Of a stretch of 64,000 nucleotides of DNA, positions 18,567 to 28,730 are shown one piece after another (position 1 is the stretch's first letter; every line of letters starts with the position of its first letter). A program made the position numbers and the translations under genes. The DNA comes from Candidatus Yanofskybacteria bacterium RIFCSPHIGHO2_01_FULL_44_24 (GTDB taxonomy: Bacteria; Patescibacteriota; Minisyncoccia; 2-02-FULL-40-12; GWA2-44-9), in assembly GCA_001794215.1 (NCBI GenBank), contig MGJK01000015.1, forward strand, positions 23,684-87,683. Reading direction: 5' to 3'. Below the pieces are notes generated by a model. It had not been told where the DNA came from. It saw only the letters and a list, made by a program, of their open reading frames with translations, and ran no database searches.

Positions 18567-20801
18567 ATGCCATACACTAAAAAAATATTAGGCATAAAGG
18601 GAATGCATTGCGCTTCATGCGTTCTGACAATCGAAAAAGCACTCAAGAGGCTGGAAGGCGTACAGAGTGCTGCAGTGAATATTGCCAATGAGAAAGCTAC
18701 GGTGGAGTATGACCCGTCTAAGATTACCGATAAGGAACTATCATCGGCAGTTGCCAATGCAGGCTATAAGGCTTTGATTGATGAGGAAGTACAAACCGAA
18801 GATGAAGAAAAGAAACAAAAACAGAAAGAATTATCCGCCTTAAAGACAAAGGTTACCTGGAGTTTGATCTTCGGCGGAGCCATATTCTGGGGAAGTTTTC
18901 CCGGAATCATGGAGACTGCGCCATGGGTTCTGAAGAATTTTTGGATTCAACTTCTATTGGCAACTCCGGTCCAATTCTGGGCAGGCTGGGAATTTTATCG
19001 AGGCACGACGGTTTCTCTCCGGCACCGAACCGCGAACATGGACACCTTGGTTGCCATTGGCACAACGGTTGCCTACGGATATTCGGCCTTTGTAACGGCA
19101 TTTCCGGGTTTTGTCGAGCGTATCGGTATCGAATCTATGCCTTATTTTGACGTGGCCACCATAGTGATCGGCTTGATACTACTTGGCCGTTACTTCGAGG
19201 CGAGAGCAAAAGCCGGTACTTCGGAAGCCATTAAAAAGCTGATGGGCTTGCAGGCTAAGACGGCTCGCGTCGTACGCGGCGGGAGAGAGTCGGATATTCC
19301 GATAAACGAAGTGATCATAGACGATGTCATACGGGTCCGTCCGGGAGATAAAATTCCCGTCGATGGTATCATTGTCGACGGGGACTCATCAATTGATGAG
19401 TCAATGGTAACCGGGGAAAGTATCCCGGTAGACAAATCGCCGGGCGATTCCATCATAGGGGCGGCTATCAATAAAAGCGGGACATTTACTTTCAAAGCTA
19501 CTCGCGTCGGCTCAGAGACAATGCTTGCCCAGATCATCAAACTCGTTCAAGAAGCCCAGGGTTCTAAGGCGCCAATTCAGCGTTTGGCCGACCTTGTATC
19601 TTCTTATTTTGTTCCTGTTGTTATTATGCTGGCGATAGCCACCTTCGTCATCTGGTATGACATCGGACCGAATCCGGCATTACTTTTCGCCTTATTGAAT
19701 ACGGTTGCGGTGCTGATCATTGCCTGTCCCTGCGCCATGGGCCTTGCAACACCGACTGCCATAATGGTAGGAACGGGCAAGGGAGCGGAACACGGAATAC
19801 TTATTAAGGATGCGGAAAGTCTCGAGATTGCCCATAAAATAAAAACTATTATCTTTGATAAAACCGGCACACTTACAGAGGGAGAACCTAAAGTCACCGA
19901 TGTTATCGCCTATGAAGGATTTACGGAGCAGGATATTTTACGCTATGAGGCCAGCTTGGAAGTAGGCTCGAATCATCCTCTTGCAAAAGCCATAATCACC
20001 GAAACAGAATCAAGGAGAGCGCTTCCGTTGGAACCTATAGAAAAATTTCAGTCAGTTCCCGGCCATGGGATCAGAGCCTTAATACAAGATAAGCATGTTT
20101 TAGCTGGAAAAGAAAAATTAATTTCTGACGAGGGTATTCAAACTAAAAAAGCCAAATCTGACATAGAGAGATTGTCTAACGAGGGTAAGACGTTGAGCCT
20201 GCTTGCGGTTGACGGACAATTGGCCGGGATCATTGCTGCGGCGGATACGGTTAAGCCCTCAGCGAAAGAGGCGGTTGAAAAACTAAAAAAAGCCGGAATA
20301 GAGGTGGTTATGTTAACGGGCGACAATTTGCGTACCGGTCAAGCAATCGCTAAGCAGTTAGGGATCGCCAGAATATTGGCAGAGATTTTACCCGACCAGA
20401 AAGAAGCAGAGGTCAGAAAAATACAAGCTGAAGGAAAAACTGTTGCAATGGTTGGAGATGGGATAAACGACGCTCCGGCCTTAGCCGTTGCTGATGTGGG
20501 TATAGCAATGGGAACAGGCACCGATGTTGCAATAGAAGCGGCGGATATAACACTGATCAATAAAGACCTGCGCTCTGTTTCGGCCGCTATCATTCTTTCC
20601 AAGAAAACAATGCGAACGATAAAGCAGAACCTCTTTTGGGCTTTTGCCTACAATATAATCCTGATACCTGTGGCCATGGGTGCACTGTATCCATTTTGGG
20701 GGATTCTATTGAATCCCATATTCGCTTCCGTAGCAATGGCCACAAGCTCTATTTCGGTCGTTTCAAACTCACTTCTTCTCAAGCGCAAGCGCATAATCTA
20801 A
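18567..20801 (+). CDS. copA: Copper-translocating P1B-type ATPase
   Basis: N-terminal HMA GMHCASC; TM CPC (CPCAMGLATP); DKTGTLT; GDGINDAPAL. Confidence 0.95.
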   Translation: MPYTKKILGIKGMHCASCVLTIEKALKRLEGVQSAAVNIANEKATVEYDPSKITDKELSSAVANAGYKALIDEEVQTEDEEKKQKQKELSALKTKVTWSLIFGGAIFWGSFPGIMETAPWVLKNFWIQLLLATPVQFWAGWEFYRGTTVSLRHRTANMDTLVAIGTTVAYGYSAFVTAFPGFVERIGIESMPYFDVATIVIGLILLGRYFEARAKAGTSEAIKKLMGLQAKTARVVRGGRESDIPINEVIIDDVIRVRPGDKIPVDGIIVDGDSSIDESMVTGESIPVDKSPGDSIIGAAINKSGTFTFKATRVGSETMLAQIIKLVQEAQGSKAPIQRLADLVSSYFVPVVIMLAIATFVIWYDIGPNPALLFALLNTVAVLIIACPCAMGLATPTAIMVGTGKGAEHGILIKDAESLEIAHKIKTIIFDKTGTLTEGEPKVTDVIAYEGFTEQDILRYEASLEVGSNHPLAKAIITETESRRALPLEPIEKFQSVPGHGIRALIQDKHVLAGKEKLISDEGIQTKKAKSDIERLSNEGKTLSLLAVDGQLAGIIAAADTVKPSAKEAVEKLKKAGIEVVMLTGDNLRTGQAIAKQLGIARILAEILPDQKEAEVRKIQAEGKTVAMVGDGINDAPALAVADVGIAMGTGTDVAIEAADITLINKDLRSVSAAIILSKKTMRTIKQNLFWAFAYNIILIPVAMGALYPFWGILLNPIFASVAMATSSISVVSNSLLLKRKRII

Positions 20802-20912
20802 TAATCACCGATACCCCTGATCGTCGAGAGTGTTTTGTCTGCCAATGACCTGAAGAAAGAAAGGAATTATATACTCAAAGGTATTGCTTAGTTTAAGGGC
20901 CCAGTCTTCCAA

Positions 20913-21197
20913 ATGAAAAACGAGAAACCACCTACAACAGAAACCCCGTACTTCCCGGCGCAGGAATTGAAGGCCTGGATCGAGGAAACCTACAAGGATA
21001 GCGATACCTATGGGCAAGAACTTAAAAATGCCCATATCAGAGCTATCGAGGATAAGAATATAGAGGGTTTAAAAAAACTGTCTCGAGTTATGTTTGTCCA
21101 GATATCGCGATTGAGACAAGAGTCTAAAGAGAACTGGGAGATGACCGAAATGATTCATAGGAAGCTTGATAGGTGGTTAGAGCAAAGAGGACGGTAG
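20913..21197 (+). CDS. Hypothetical protein
   Basis: 94-aa ORF with a downstream intrinsic terminator. Confidence 0.4.
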   Translation: MKNEKPPTTETPYFPAQELKAWIEETYKDSDTYGQELKNAHIRAIEDKNIEGLKKLSRVMFVQISRLRQESKENWEMTEMIHRKLDRWLEQRGR

Positions 21198-21290
21198 CCT
21201 AATAAATTTAGACCCGGCGTTATTCTATTGACATCGCAAACTCTGTTTGTTATACTCAGAACAGTAAAGAACGGGGACGCCCGTTCTTCA

Positions 21291-21319
21291 CCCCGGCTTT
21301 GTCTGGGGGTTTCTTTTTA
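21291..21319 (+). terminator. Intrinsic terminator
   Basis: ccccggctttgtctggggg plus TTTCTTTTT, preceded by a second hairpin gaacggggacgcccgttc. Confidence 0.55.
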
Positions 21320-21338
21320 TAGTCTTTAAAAGACTATA
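21318..21338. promoter_or_regulatory. Perfect palindrome upstream of typA (candidate operator)
   Basis: tatagtcttt-aa-aagactata. Confidence 0.3.
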
Positions 21339-21542
21339 AAGCATTAAAATTATAGCGTTCAGCGGTTTTATAAAAACTTCTGTGTTTACCTGAGTTCGAG
21401 GCAAAATCGAGTATCAATTCGAGGCGTAGTTAAAGCTACGGCGAGAATTAAACGGAGATTTTAACAAAGAAATCAGTTAAACCTGGAAGGTGCGCCGTAG
21501 GCCTGTAATGACGTAGGCCAGGCTCACACAAAGTTTTAAACA

Positions 21543-23339
21543 ATGGAAATAAGAAATATAGCAATAATCGCCCATGTAGACCATGGCAAAACTACTCTGA
21601 CTGACGCCCTGATGCGCCAGACCGGATTTGCCGTCGAAGGAGCCACTATGGACTCGAACACGCTCGAAAAAGAGCGTGGCATTACGATATACGCAAAGAA
21701 CGCCTCAATTGCCTATAAGGATACCAAAATTAACATAGTCGATACGCCTGGACATGCCGATTTCGGATCGGAAGTGGAACGGGTACTGCGATCAATCGAC
21801 TCGGTACTCTTAGTCGTTGACGCTCAAGAAGGACCGATGCCGCAAACACGCTTCGTCCTCAAGAAATCTCTTGAATTAGGATTAAAGCCGATTGTGGTCA
21901 TCAACAAAATAGACAAACCGGCTGCCGATCCGGTTAAATGCGAGGAACACGTTCTCGATCTCTTTTTAGAGCTTGGCGCCAAAGATGACCAGGCTGATTT
22001 CCCTATCGTTTACACAATAGGCAGGCTCGGAATCGCCAAGAAAAAACTTTCAGACGAGTCCTCTGATCTGACTCCTCTTTTGGACACGATTCTTGAGCAT
22101 GTTCCCTGCGCTTCATCGGATGAACTGATGGATAAAACGTTGATGCTTCAGTCGTTTAACTTAGGCTATGACAACTTTTTGGGCCGTTTGGCTGTGGGGA
22201 GAATTTATCAGGGTACGGTTACCTCCGGTCAAAATGTTTTCGTCAAAAAACCCAGCGGGGACACCCGCTCAGGGAAAATAACTAAAATATTCACCTTCAG
22301 CGGTCTTGAGAAAATAGATACGGATAAGGCCACTACCGGGGATATAGTAATGATAGCCGGGTTACCGGATATTTATATAGGCGAAACGGTAACCGATAAT
22401 GAGAAAGCTTCTCCCTTACCTGCCATTGCAGTGGATGAGCCGACCATTGCTCTTAATTTTTTGGTTAATAACTCCCCCTTCGCCGGCCGGGAAGGCAAAT
22501 TCGTAACTTCAAGACAAATCAGAGAGTATTTAGAGCGCGAGCTCGAAGTTAATGTAGGACTTCATATTGATTTTGCATCAATGGATACCTTTAGAGTGCT
22601 TGGACGCGGAGAACTCCATATCGCTATACTTTTAGAAAATATGAGGCGAGCCGGTTACGAACTTCAGGTTTCCCAGCCCCAGGTAATTATCCGCGAAGAT
22701 AACGGAATTAAAACGGAACCTTTTGAAGAAGTAATCGTGGATACGCCCAAAGAATATCAAGGCACTATAATCGAGCGATTAGGCATGCGAGGATTCATAA
22801 TGAATAATATGTCCGTCAGCGACGAATTAGTAAGGCTATCTTTTGAAGGTCCGACTCGCGGACTCTTGGGCTATAGAAACCAGTTTATTATAGATACCAA
22901 GGGTGAAGGAATTATGTCTTCGCGGGTTGTAGGCTTTAAACAATACGCCGGCGATATACGCAAAAAATCTGTAGGCTCCATGATCTCTATGGCTAACGGC
23001 AAAGCCCTTGGATTCGCTCTCTGGAATCTACAAGACAGAGGGATGCTCTATGTGGGTCCCGGCATTGAAGTATATGAAGGCATGGTTATAGGCAACACCT
23101 CAAAAGGAGAAGAGATGCATGTAAACCCCACCAAGGGCAAAAAATTGACCAATATGAGGGCTTCCGGAGCTGATGAGGCCATAGACCTCATTCCGCCGGT
23201 TCCCCTCACTATAGAGCGCGGACTTGAAGTGATGGCCGAAGATGAATACCTTGAAATAACTCCCCAAAGCGTAAGACTAAGAAAGCAGTACCTTACCGAA
23301 AATGACCGATCAAAAGCCCGAAGAGCACAAAACGAGTAG
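21543..23339 (+). CDS. typA: Translational GTPase TypA/BipA
   Basis: [29 protein letters not shown]; EF-G-like domain order. Confidence 0.95.
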   Translation: MEIRNIAIIAHVDHGKTTLTDALMRQTGFAVEGATMDSNTLEKERGITIYAKNASIAYKDTKINIVDTPGHADFGSEVERVLRSIDSVLLVVDAQEGPMPQTRFVLKKSLELGLKPIVVINKIDKPAADPVKCEEHVLDLFLELGAKDDQADFPIVYTIGRLGIAKKKLSDESSDLTPLLDTILEHVPCASSDELMDKTLMLQSFNLGYDNFLGRLAVGRIYQGTVTSGQNVFVKKPSGDTRSGKITKIFTFSGLEKIDTDKATTGDIVMIAGLPDIYIGETVTDNEKASPLPAIAVDEPTIALNFLVNNSPFAGREGKFVTSRQIREYLERELEVNVGLHIDFASMDTFRVLGRGELHIAILLENMRRAGYELQVSQPQVIIREDNGIKTEPFEEVIVDTPKEYQGTIIERLGMRGFIMNNMSVSDELVRLSFEGPTRGLLGYRNQFIIDTKGEGIMSSRVVGFKQYAGDIRKKSVGSMISMANGKALGFALWNLQDRGMLYVGPGIEVYEGMVIGNTSKGEEMHVNPTKGKKLTNMRASGADEAIDLIPPVPLTIERGLEVMAEDEYLEITPQSVRLRKQYLTENDRSKARRAQNE

Positions 23340-23355
23340 AGCATACATATGCATA

Positions 23356-23391
23356 ATGAACAACCACGGCCGTAAGACCGTGGTTGTTCAT
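23356..23391. terminator. Bidirectional terminator; perfect 14-bp inverted repeat between convergent typA and dnaX
   Basis: atgaacaaccacgg-ccgtaaga-ccgtggttgttcat. Confidence 0.55.
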
Positions 23392-23402
23392 ATGACCTTA
23401 AA

Positions 23403-24584
23403 TCACTCTGTCAGCTCTATGATCGCCAACTCAAGAGGGAGCTGTGGAATCGGAGACGATTTTATGCCTTCCCGGGCAGAAATAAAAAGATTCAAAATGG
23501 ATGCTATTTTCTTTGGTTCAAGAGATGACGATAGGGCAGCTATAAATTTTACTTCTCCATCCAGCAGATTATCTCCTACGGACGCCAGAGTAGCCGGACT
23601 TACTCTATGCAAAAGGACTTTGCGCAGATAATTTATAAAATTACCGGCAAAGTTATCCAAGTCGATGCCTGATTCATGCATCTTGCTTATAAAATTTAAG
23701 GCCGCCGTCCGGTCATTATTGACAATATAACCAAGCAGTTCGGGATGGTAGCTGAAGGGTATCAGGCCCAGTAGTTCGCCGACATCTTCGGCTGTAACTT
23801 TTTTACCCCGGCTCACAGCTTGTATTTTGGAAAGGGCAACTTCCGGGTCCCGTAAAGCTCCGTCGGAAGAAACGGCAATAGAGACCAGGGCATCGTCGTT
23901 GATACTAATCTTTTCCGTCTTGGCAATTTCTCTTAACTTACCGAGAATTTGTTCGGACGAAAGCCTCTTAAAATCAAACCTCTGAACCCGGGAAAGAACA
24001 GTGAGAGGTATCTTGTGAGCTTCCGTCGTGGCTAAAATAAAAACAACATGCGCCGGCGGTTCTTCTAATATCTTCAGCAGAGCATTGAAAGCGGCCTGAG
24101 TAAGCATATGGACCTCGTCTATTATAAAAACCTTATAACCTCCGCTCGGAGCAGCGACTCCGGCCGAATCCTTAATGTTACGGATTTCATCAATGCCCCG
24201 ATTGGAAGCGGCATCTATTTCTATCAGGTCCAATGATCTATTGGTCGTAATGGCTGTGCATGAGTCACAAGTATTATCGGGATCTCCGTTTACGTCTCTT
24301 TTCTGACAGTTTAGAGCCTTAGCCATAAGACGGGCTATGGTTGTCTTGCCGGTCCCTCGAGGTCCGGTGAATAAGTAAGCGTGACCAGTCCGCCCGCTTA
24401 AAAGAGCCCCGCACAAAGTCTGGATAACATGTTCTTGCCCCACAACTTCAGAGAATTTTTGAGGACGATATTTACGATACAGCATGATGATTTTGTCTAT
24501 GAGGAGATCTGACCTTGCGACGAATAGCCACAAAATCATCACCCCGCCCTCTAAGCGCTTATTCTTAGCTTGAGAGCCCTCCAA
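23403..24584 (-). CDS. dnaX: DNA polymerase III subunit gamma/tau (short form); the true start is probably the internal MLYRKYRPQKF near 24485
   Basis: YRKYRPQ, GPRGTGKTT Walker A, DEVHML, SRVQRF sensor. Confidence 0.9.
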   Translation of the reverse strand: MEGSQAKNKRLEGGVMILWLFVARSDLLIDKIIMLYRKYRPQKFSEVVGQEHVIQTLCGALLSGRTGHAYLFTGPRGTGKTTIARLMAKALNCQKRDVNGDPDNTCDSCTAITTNRSLDLIEIDAASNRGIDEIRNIKDSAGVAAPSGGYKVFIIDEVHMLTQAAFNALLKILEEPPAHVVFILATTEAHKIPLTVLSRVQRFDFKRLSSEQILGKLREIAKTEKISINDDALVSIAVSSDGALRDPEVALSKIQAVSRGKKVTAEDVGELLGLIPFSYHPELLGYIVNNDRTAALNFISKMHESGIDLDNFAGNFINYLRKVLLHRVSPATLASVGDNLLDGEVKFIAALSSSLEPKKIASILNLFISAREGIKSSPIPQLPLELAIIELTE

Positions 24585-24598
24585 GCACTACCATAGTG

Positions 24599-24655
24599 TT
24601 TTAATCTTTTCTCTCTATCTCTTTAATCTTTTCTCTCTATCTCTTTAATCTTTTC
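24599..24655. repeat. Tandem repeat, about 2.5 copies of the 22-bp unit ttaatcttttctctctatctct
   Basis: Direct reading; overlaps the 3' end of the GIY-YIG ORF and the dnaX upstream region. Confidence 0.8.
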
Positions 24656-24805
24656 AGATAGGTAAGCTTCATAATAGAGTAGAATGGTTTTCTGCTTTTG
24701 TTGATGCTCCTTAATCCGTCTTCTTAAATCGCCTGTATAACCAATATAGAACTTACCCTCATTAAATTTTAATACATAAACAAAATGCATAGAGGGCGGG
24801 GTCAA
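24623..24805 (-). CDS. GIY-YIG nuclease-domain small protein
   Basis: VYVLKFNEGKFYIGYTGDLRRRIKEH = GIY-YIG motif. Confidence 0.7.
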   Translation of the reverse strand: MTPPSMHFVYVLKFNEGKFYIGYTGDLRRRIKEHQQKQKTILLYYEAYLSEKIKEIERKD

Positions 24806-24826
24806 GGTTCGTCAGCCAAAAATTAT

Positions 24827-25492
24827 CTACTGCTGTGCTAATTTTTGGGACGAGCCCTTGAACACCACTATTCTAAACCCAATAAAGCTAAAAACAAGAG
24901 CAACTGCAGACCCGGCAACGCCCCCTACATTAGCCCATGCCTGCGCGCTGGTTCCGAACAGCGGTCCGACTACGTTCACCAAAAGCGAAGCAACCCCAAC
25001 GTTTACCAAACCCGACATCACAGAAACTGCAATGAATTTGGCAAACTCCGTTCCAGCATGAGCGCTCGTTCCCGAATCGAAAACCCAATATTTATTCCAG
25101 AAGTAGCTATGAAAAGCTGCTAAAGTAAAGGCTGTGCCGACAAAAACAGAATACCAAACTCCCGAAGCTATATCGGAAAAGGCTATCAACAAATTAAGCG
25201 TTCCGGCATAGACGGCAAAATTAGTAAATCCTATAGCGGCAAACCTGCCAAACTGATTGAAGAATCCCATCCATCGGCCCAGAAAATAGCCCAAGTTTAC
25301 CCCAAGAATCCAAACCACTGGAACGATCAGCATAAAAAGCTCGTTAGGAAGGTCGACTGATACGGACAGAAAATTACCCGCCATTAGAAATGGATTTAAT
25401 TTTAAGAAGTCCAGTATTTTCCAGGCTATAAAACCGGTATAAAAACCGGAGAAGATTGCTGAAAATAAATCTTTTTTCGTAAATTTGTTCAT
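24827..25492 (-). CDS. GtrA-like family membrane protein (duplicated GtrA-like halves)
   Basis: 4 or more TM helices; GtrA-like pattern in both halves. Confidence 0.5.
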   Translation of the reverse strand: MNKFTKKDLFSAIFSGFYTGFIAWKILDFLKLNPFLMAGNFLSVSVDLPNELFMLIVPVVWILGVNLGYFLGRWMGFFNQFGRFAAIGFTNFAVYAGTLNLLIAFSDIASGVWYSVFVGTAFTLAAFHSYFWNKYWVFDSGTSAHAGTEFAKFIAVSVMSGLVNVGVASLLVNVVGPLFGTSAQAWANVGGVAGSAVALVFSFIGFRIVVFKGSSQKLAQQ

Positions 25493-25494
25493 AG

Positions 25495-27861
25495 TTAAAC
25501 TTTGCCGTACTTAAGCCGGGAATTTTCTTTGATTTTCCGGGCAAATTCAGGATCAGACGGCCGCTTGGGTTCAATTTTGATATTGAACGGACGCGTCGTT
25601 TGATTATTAATTAGTAGTTTTATATAGCAATTAAAATTATCTATATTTAAAAGGTCTTGCGGGCTGAAAATCGGTTCAAATTGGTTCTTAAGATACTCGG
25701 CGTCATCGGCTCCTACTCGAAATGTGGAGATTGAACCGACATTTCCAAAAACCGCATCTCTGATCTTATCGGTCAGCTGTCTTATGAACTGATTGGCGAT
25801 CGTCAGATCCAGACGGTATTTTCTCGCCTCAGCTAAAATAGTAGCTATGCTCTCGGTCGTGAAATTCTGAAACTCATCTATGTACAGGTAGAAGTCCGCC
25901 CTCTGTTCTTCAGGAATATCGACTCTTGACAGCGAAGACATTAGGAGTTTGCCGACTATTATCATGCCGAGAAGATTGGCGTTGATATCCCCTATCCGTC
26001 CTTTTGAAAGATTGACCAGCAAGATTTTCTTCTGATCCATGACCTGTCTGAAATTAAATGCGCTCTTTGGCTGGGAAAGTATCGGCCTTAAAAATTCGTT
26101 GGCTATAAACCCGTTGATTTTAGAAGTTATATAAGGAGCCATATTGGCCAAAGCCGCTTCTCCGCCTGCTTTCTCGGCCTCTAATAGCCAAAAATCTCGG
26201 ACTATGGGATTGGTCTCTCTGGTCAGCTTATCCCGGCGGTATTTCTCATCCGTCAGAACCTTGGGAATATTAACCAAAGTCGGTATTTCAAACTGATGGT
26301 CATCCATGAGAAGAAGCATGGCGTTTCTGAAATACTGATCAAACATCGGACCCATTGTTTCCGCCAAAAAAAGCTTCTGAAATATGCCGAGCATCTCGTT
26401 TACTATAAATGTTTTCTGTTCCGGAAATTTCGGATCAAATTCGAGCATGTTAAGACCCAGGGGCTTCGCAACATCGGCCGGATCAAAAACTATAACATCA
26501 TCGATTCTTTCTTTGGGAATAAACCCTAAAATAGCTTCGATGGCCGTCCCGTGAGGATCTATAAAACAAGCACCGTCCCCGTTTACTATGTCCTGATAAA
26601 TCATATTCTCCATGAAGGTCGATTTACCGGTACCGGTCTGGCCTAAAACGTAAAGATGCCTTCGCCGGTCATTTCGAGTAATGCGTACTACGTTATCAAC
26701 ACCCCTGAAAGTATTCTTGCCCAAGATAATGCCTTCTCTCGGCAGGTTAGGGGGCGGTTCAGCCGGTTTGGCTTTTAAGAACTTGATCTTGGGAGCAAGC
26801 GTCGTGGCAATGGGAAGATGATAAAGGCTGGCTAACTCTTCGGTTGATAGAACCATCTTATGAGAATCGTCAAAAAGCCTAAAGGAAAAATTGAACAGCT
26901 GATCCTTAAGAGACAGACCCTTGACCTTAACCGCCTCCAGCGAGTTCATGTCCGGTGCGGCAAATTGAACAAAAGCTCCGTTGATTTCATTTAAAATCTG
27001 CTCGGCCCGGATCTGTTCTTTGGCTGAAACGGCTAAGCGTATGTTTACATCAAATAACGGCCGGGAAGCCTTATTCTGAATTGATTTTATAACCTCCCCC
27101 TCCATCGGAGTCATGATTACTGTTTCTTTGGGCTTTTCTTTGGCCTGTTCTTCCGGAGTCTTGGGCTTGGGAGGACTCTTGGCTCTTGAAACAGCCGTTG
27201 AGAATTTATATCCAAGCTGCATTTCTTTGGCCACTTTCTGGGCTAAATCCTTATAGGTATTGTGGGACGGCCTTATCAGTACCTGAATGGCCGCCCCCTC
27301 GCCCTCCGCTTCCAATTTGGAAAGCGCGGTCGCTAATCCTCCCAAGGGATCGGACTCTAAGTGCTGATAGGTCCTGAATGGCAGCATAAAATTGTCCTTC
27401 AGCTTCAGGTACGCGCCGGCAGCAACCCCGTTAGGGTTGAAAATGTTATAATCCTTAACTCTCTGGATTTCAGCCAAAGGAAAAACTCCATGAACTTGTT
27501 TTTCGAAAATCTGCTCATAGCTCCTTGGCACCGAAACATAGAAGTGAATCTCCTCGCCGATATGATGGACAGACATTTCCAGAGCTATATAGGGTTCTCC
27601 GTAAATAAATTTATTCCAGCCTACCGCATGCAAATTAGCGAAAGAGGAGTACAGCTGTTCCATCACCGAAATCAATTCTTTTTCATTTTTTTGCGATGAC
27701 GACTGTGAAGGGGCGTCTTTGGGAAGAGTAATTAAAAAAAGCGACATATTCAGCGCTCTTGAGATACTCCTCTTTCTCTTAAAAGTTTCATACCAGATAA
27801 AGCCCACGACAAAAAGAGCGACTAAGGAGATGAAGTAAATGATGAGAAAAAACGTGGACAC
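25495..27861 (-). CDS. Membrane-anchored P-loop ATPase of the TraG/VirD4/VirB4 (type-IV-secretion/conjugation-like) superfamily
   Basis: N-terminal TM helix; Walker A GQTGTGKST; DEFQNF (Walker B-like); size and organisation typical of T4SS ATPases. Confidence 0.6.
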   Translation of the reverse strand: MSTFFLIIYFISLVALFVVGFIWYETFKRKRSISRALNMSLFLITLPKDAPSQSSSQKNEKELISVMEQLYSSFANLHAVGWNKFIYGEPYIALEMSVHHIGEEIHFYVSVPRSYEQIFEKQVHGVFPLAEIQRVKDYNIFNPNGVAAGAYLKLKDNFMLPFRTYQHLESDPLGGLATALSKLEAEGEGAAIQVLIRPSHNTYKDLAQKVAKEMQLGYKFSTAVSRAKSPPKPKTPEEQAKEKPKETVIMTPMEGEVIKSIQNKASRPLFDVNIRLAVSAKEQIRAEQILNEINGAFVQFAAPDMNSLEAVKVKGLSLKDQLFNFSFRLFDDSHKMVLSTEELASLYHLPIATTLAPKIKFLKAKPAEPPPNLPREGIILGKNTFRGVDNVVRITRNDRRRHLYVLGQTGTGKSTFMENMIYQDIVNGDGACFIDPHGTAIEAILGFIPKERIDDVIVFDPADVAKPLGLNMLEFDPKFPEQKTFIVNEMLGIFQKLFLAETMGPMFDQYFRNAMLLLMDDHQFEIPTLVNIPKVLTDEKYRRDKLTRETNPIVRDFWLLEAEKAGGEAALANMAPYITSKINGFIANEFLRPILSQPKSAFNFRQVMDQKKILLVNLSKGRIGDINANLLGMIIVGKLLMSSLSRVDIPEEQRADFYLYIDEFQNFTTESIATILAEARKYRLDLTIANQFIRQLTDKIRDAVFGNVGSISTFRVGADDAEYLKNQFEPIFSPQDLLNIDNFNCYIKLLINNQTTRPFNIKIEPKRPSDPEFARKIKENSRLKYGKV

Positions 27862-27871
27862 AACTATGGCG

Positions 27872-28303
27872 TTAATCTATTTTATCGAGCTTCCTTTTTT
27901 CAATTAAGGCTACATAGAGCTCGTCGCACAGAATAGCGTGAAATGCGTCCATAAGGGCCGGATTGTTCTCTTTTGCCGCCTGTCTGATGCCGTCTTCAAG
28001 ATTGGTATCAAAAACCATCTTAACCAAGTCGTCAACCTTGGCTTTGAGTTCTGGATCTAAATAGCTGAGTCCGCTATCATCGGAAGATCTGGAGGCAGGA
28101 CCTGTGTTTTGATAAGCCGGCACATGCTGGCTGATTTTTTCTTCCAAAATAGACTTAAGAACTTCTTTTTCTCCGTCTTTGACCGATTCGGCCTGTCCTC
28201 CGGAAGGAATTTCTTTGTGCTCTAAAAGAGCCCTCTTCTCTTGAAGCTCTTTTTCTAAATTTGCTATATCTTGCTCGATTGAAGCTGAAGGTGTTTCTAG
28301 CAT
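27872..28303 (-). CDS. Hypothetical acidic coiled-coil protein
   Basis: 143-aa ORF co-oriented with the ATPase. Confidence 0.4.
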   Translation of the reverse strand: MLETPSASIEQDIANLEKELQEKRALLEHKEIPSGGQAESVKDGEKEVLKSILEEKISQHVPAYQNTGPASRSSDDSGLSYLDPELKAKVDDLVKMVFDTNLEDGIRQAAKENNPALMDAFHAILCDELYVALIEKRKLDKID

Positions 28304-28420
28304 GACTTAGTCATCTAAGACCTCTTAAGTATACCAGAGTTACAAATAGTTGCATCCACAGTACTCAAAAAGGCCTTTCGGCCGTTCTTGATGCTAAGTA
28401 AAGTAGGGATGGGCTGGATG

Positions 28421-28717
28421 CTACGACAATTTTTCTGACCATTTTGCTATCAGTATGTCGACTGCTTTCTGCTGTTCTTTGGCTGCTGCCGCCCACCTCT
28501 TCTCCTGCTCCCGTAAGAACAGCTCTCCTTCAAAAGCAATCTGATCTAATGTCTCTTTTTCGGCTTCCAAGGCGTCTAAAAGGCGAAAAACCATAGACTC
28601 CGGCAGTTTATCCAAATTCTCAATCAGGGAAGATTTAACCTTCCCATCCAAAGGAGAAGCGGCCAGTAGTTTGCCTATTTTGTCTGCTATTTCTTTCTGT
28701 ACTTTTTTTAGAGCCAT
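28421..28717 (-). CDS. Hypothetical protein
   Basis: 98-aa ORF. Confidence 0.4.
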   Translation of the reverse strand: MALKKVQKEIADKIGKLLAASPLDGKVKSSLIENLDKLPESMVFRLLDALEAEKETLDQIAFEGELFLREQEKRWAAAAKEQQKAVDILIAKWSEKLS

Positions 28718-28730
28718 AGTATTAAATTAA

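Noticed and set aside
16885-20602. Multiple antisense ORFs inside the HMA-permease fusion gene and copA
   Set aside because: They lie opposite high-confidence genes with clear motifs and lack independent support.
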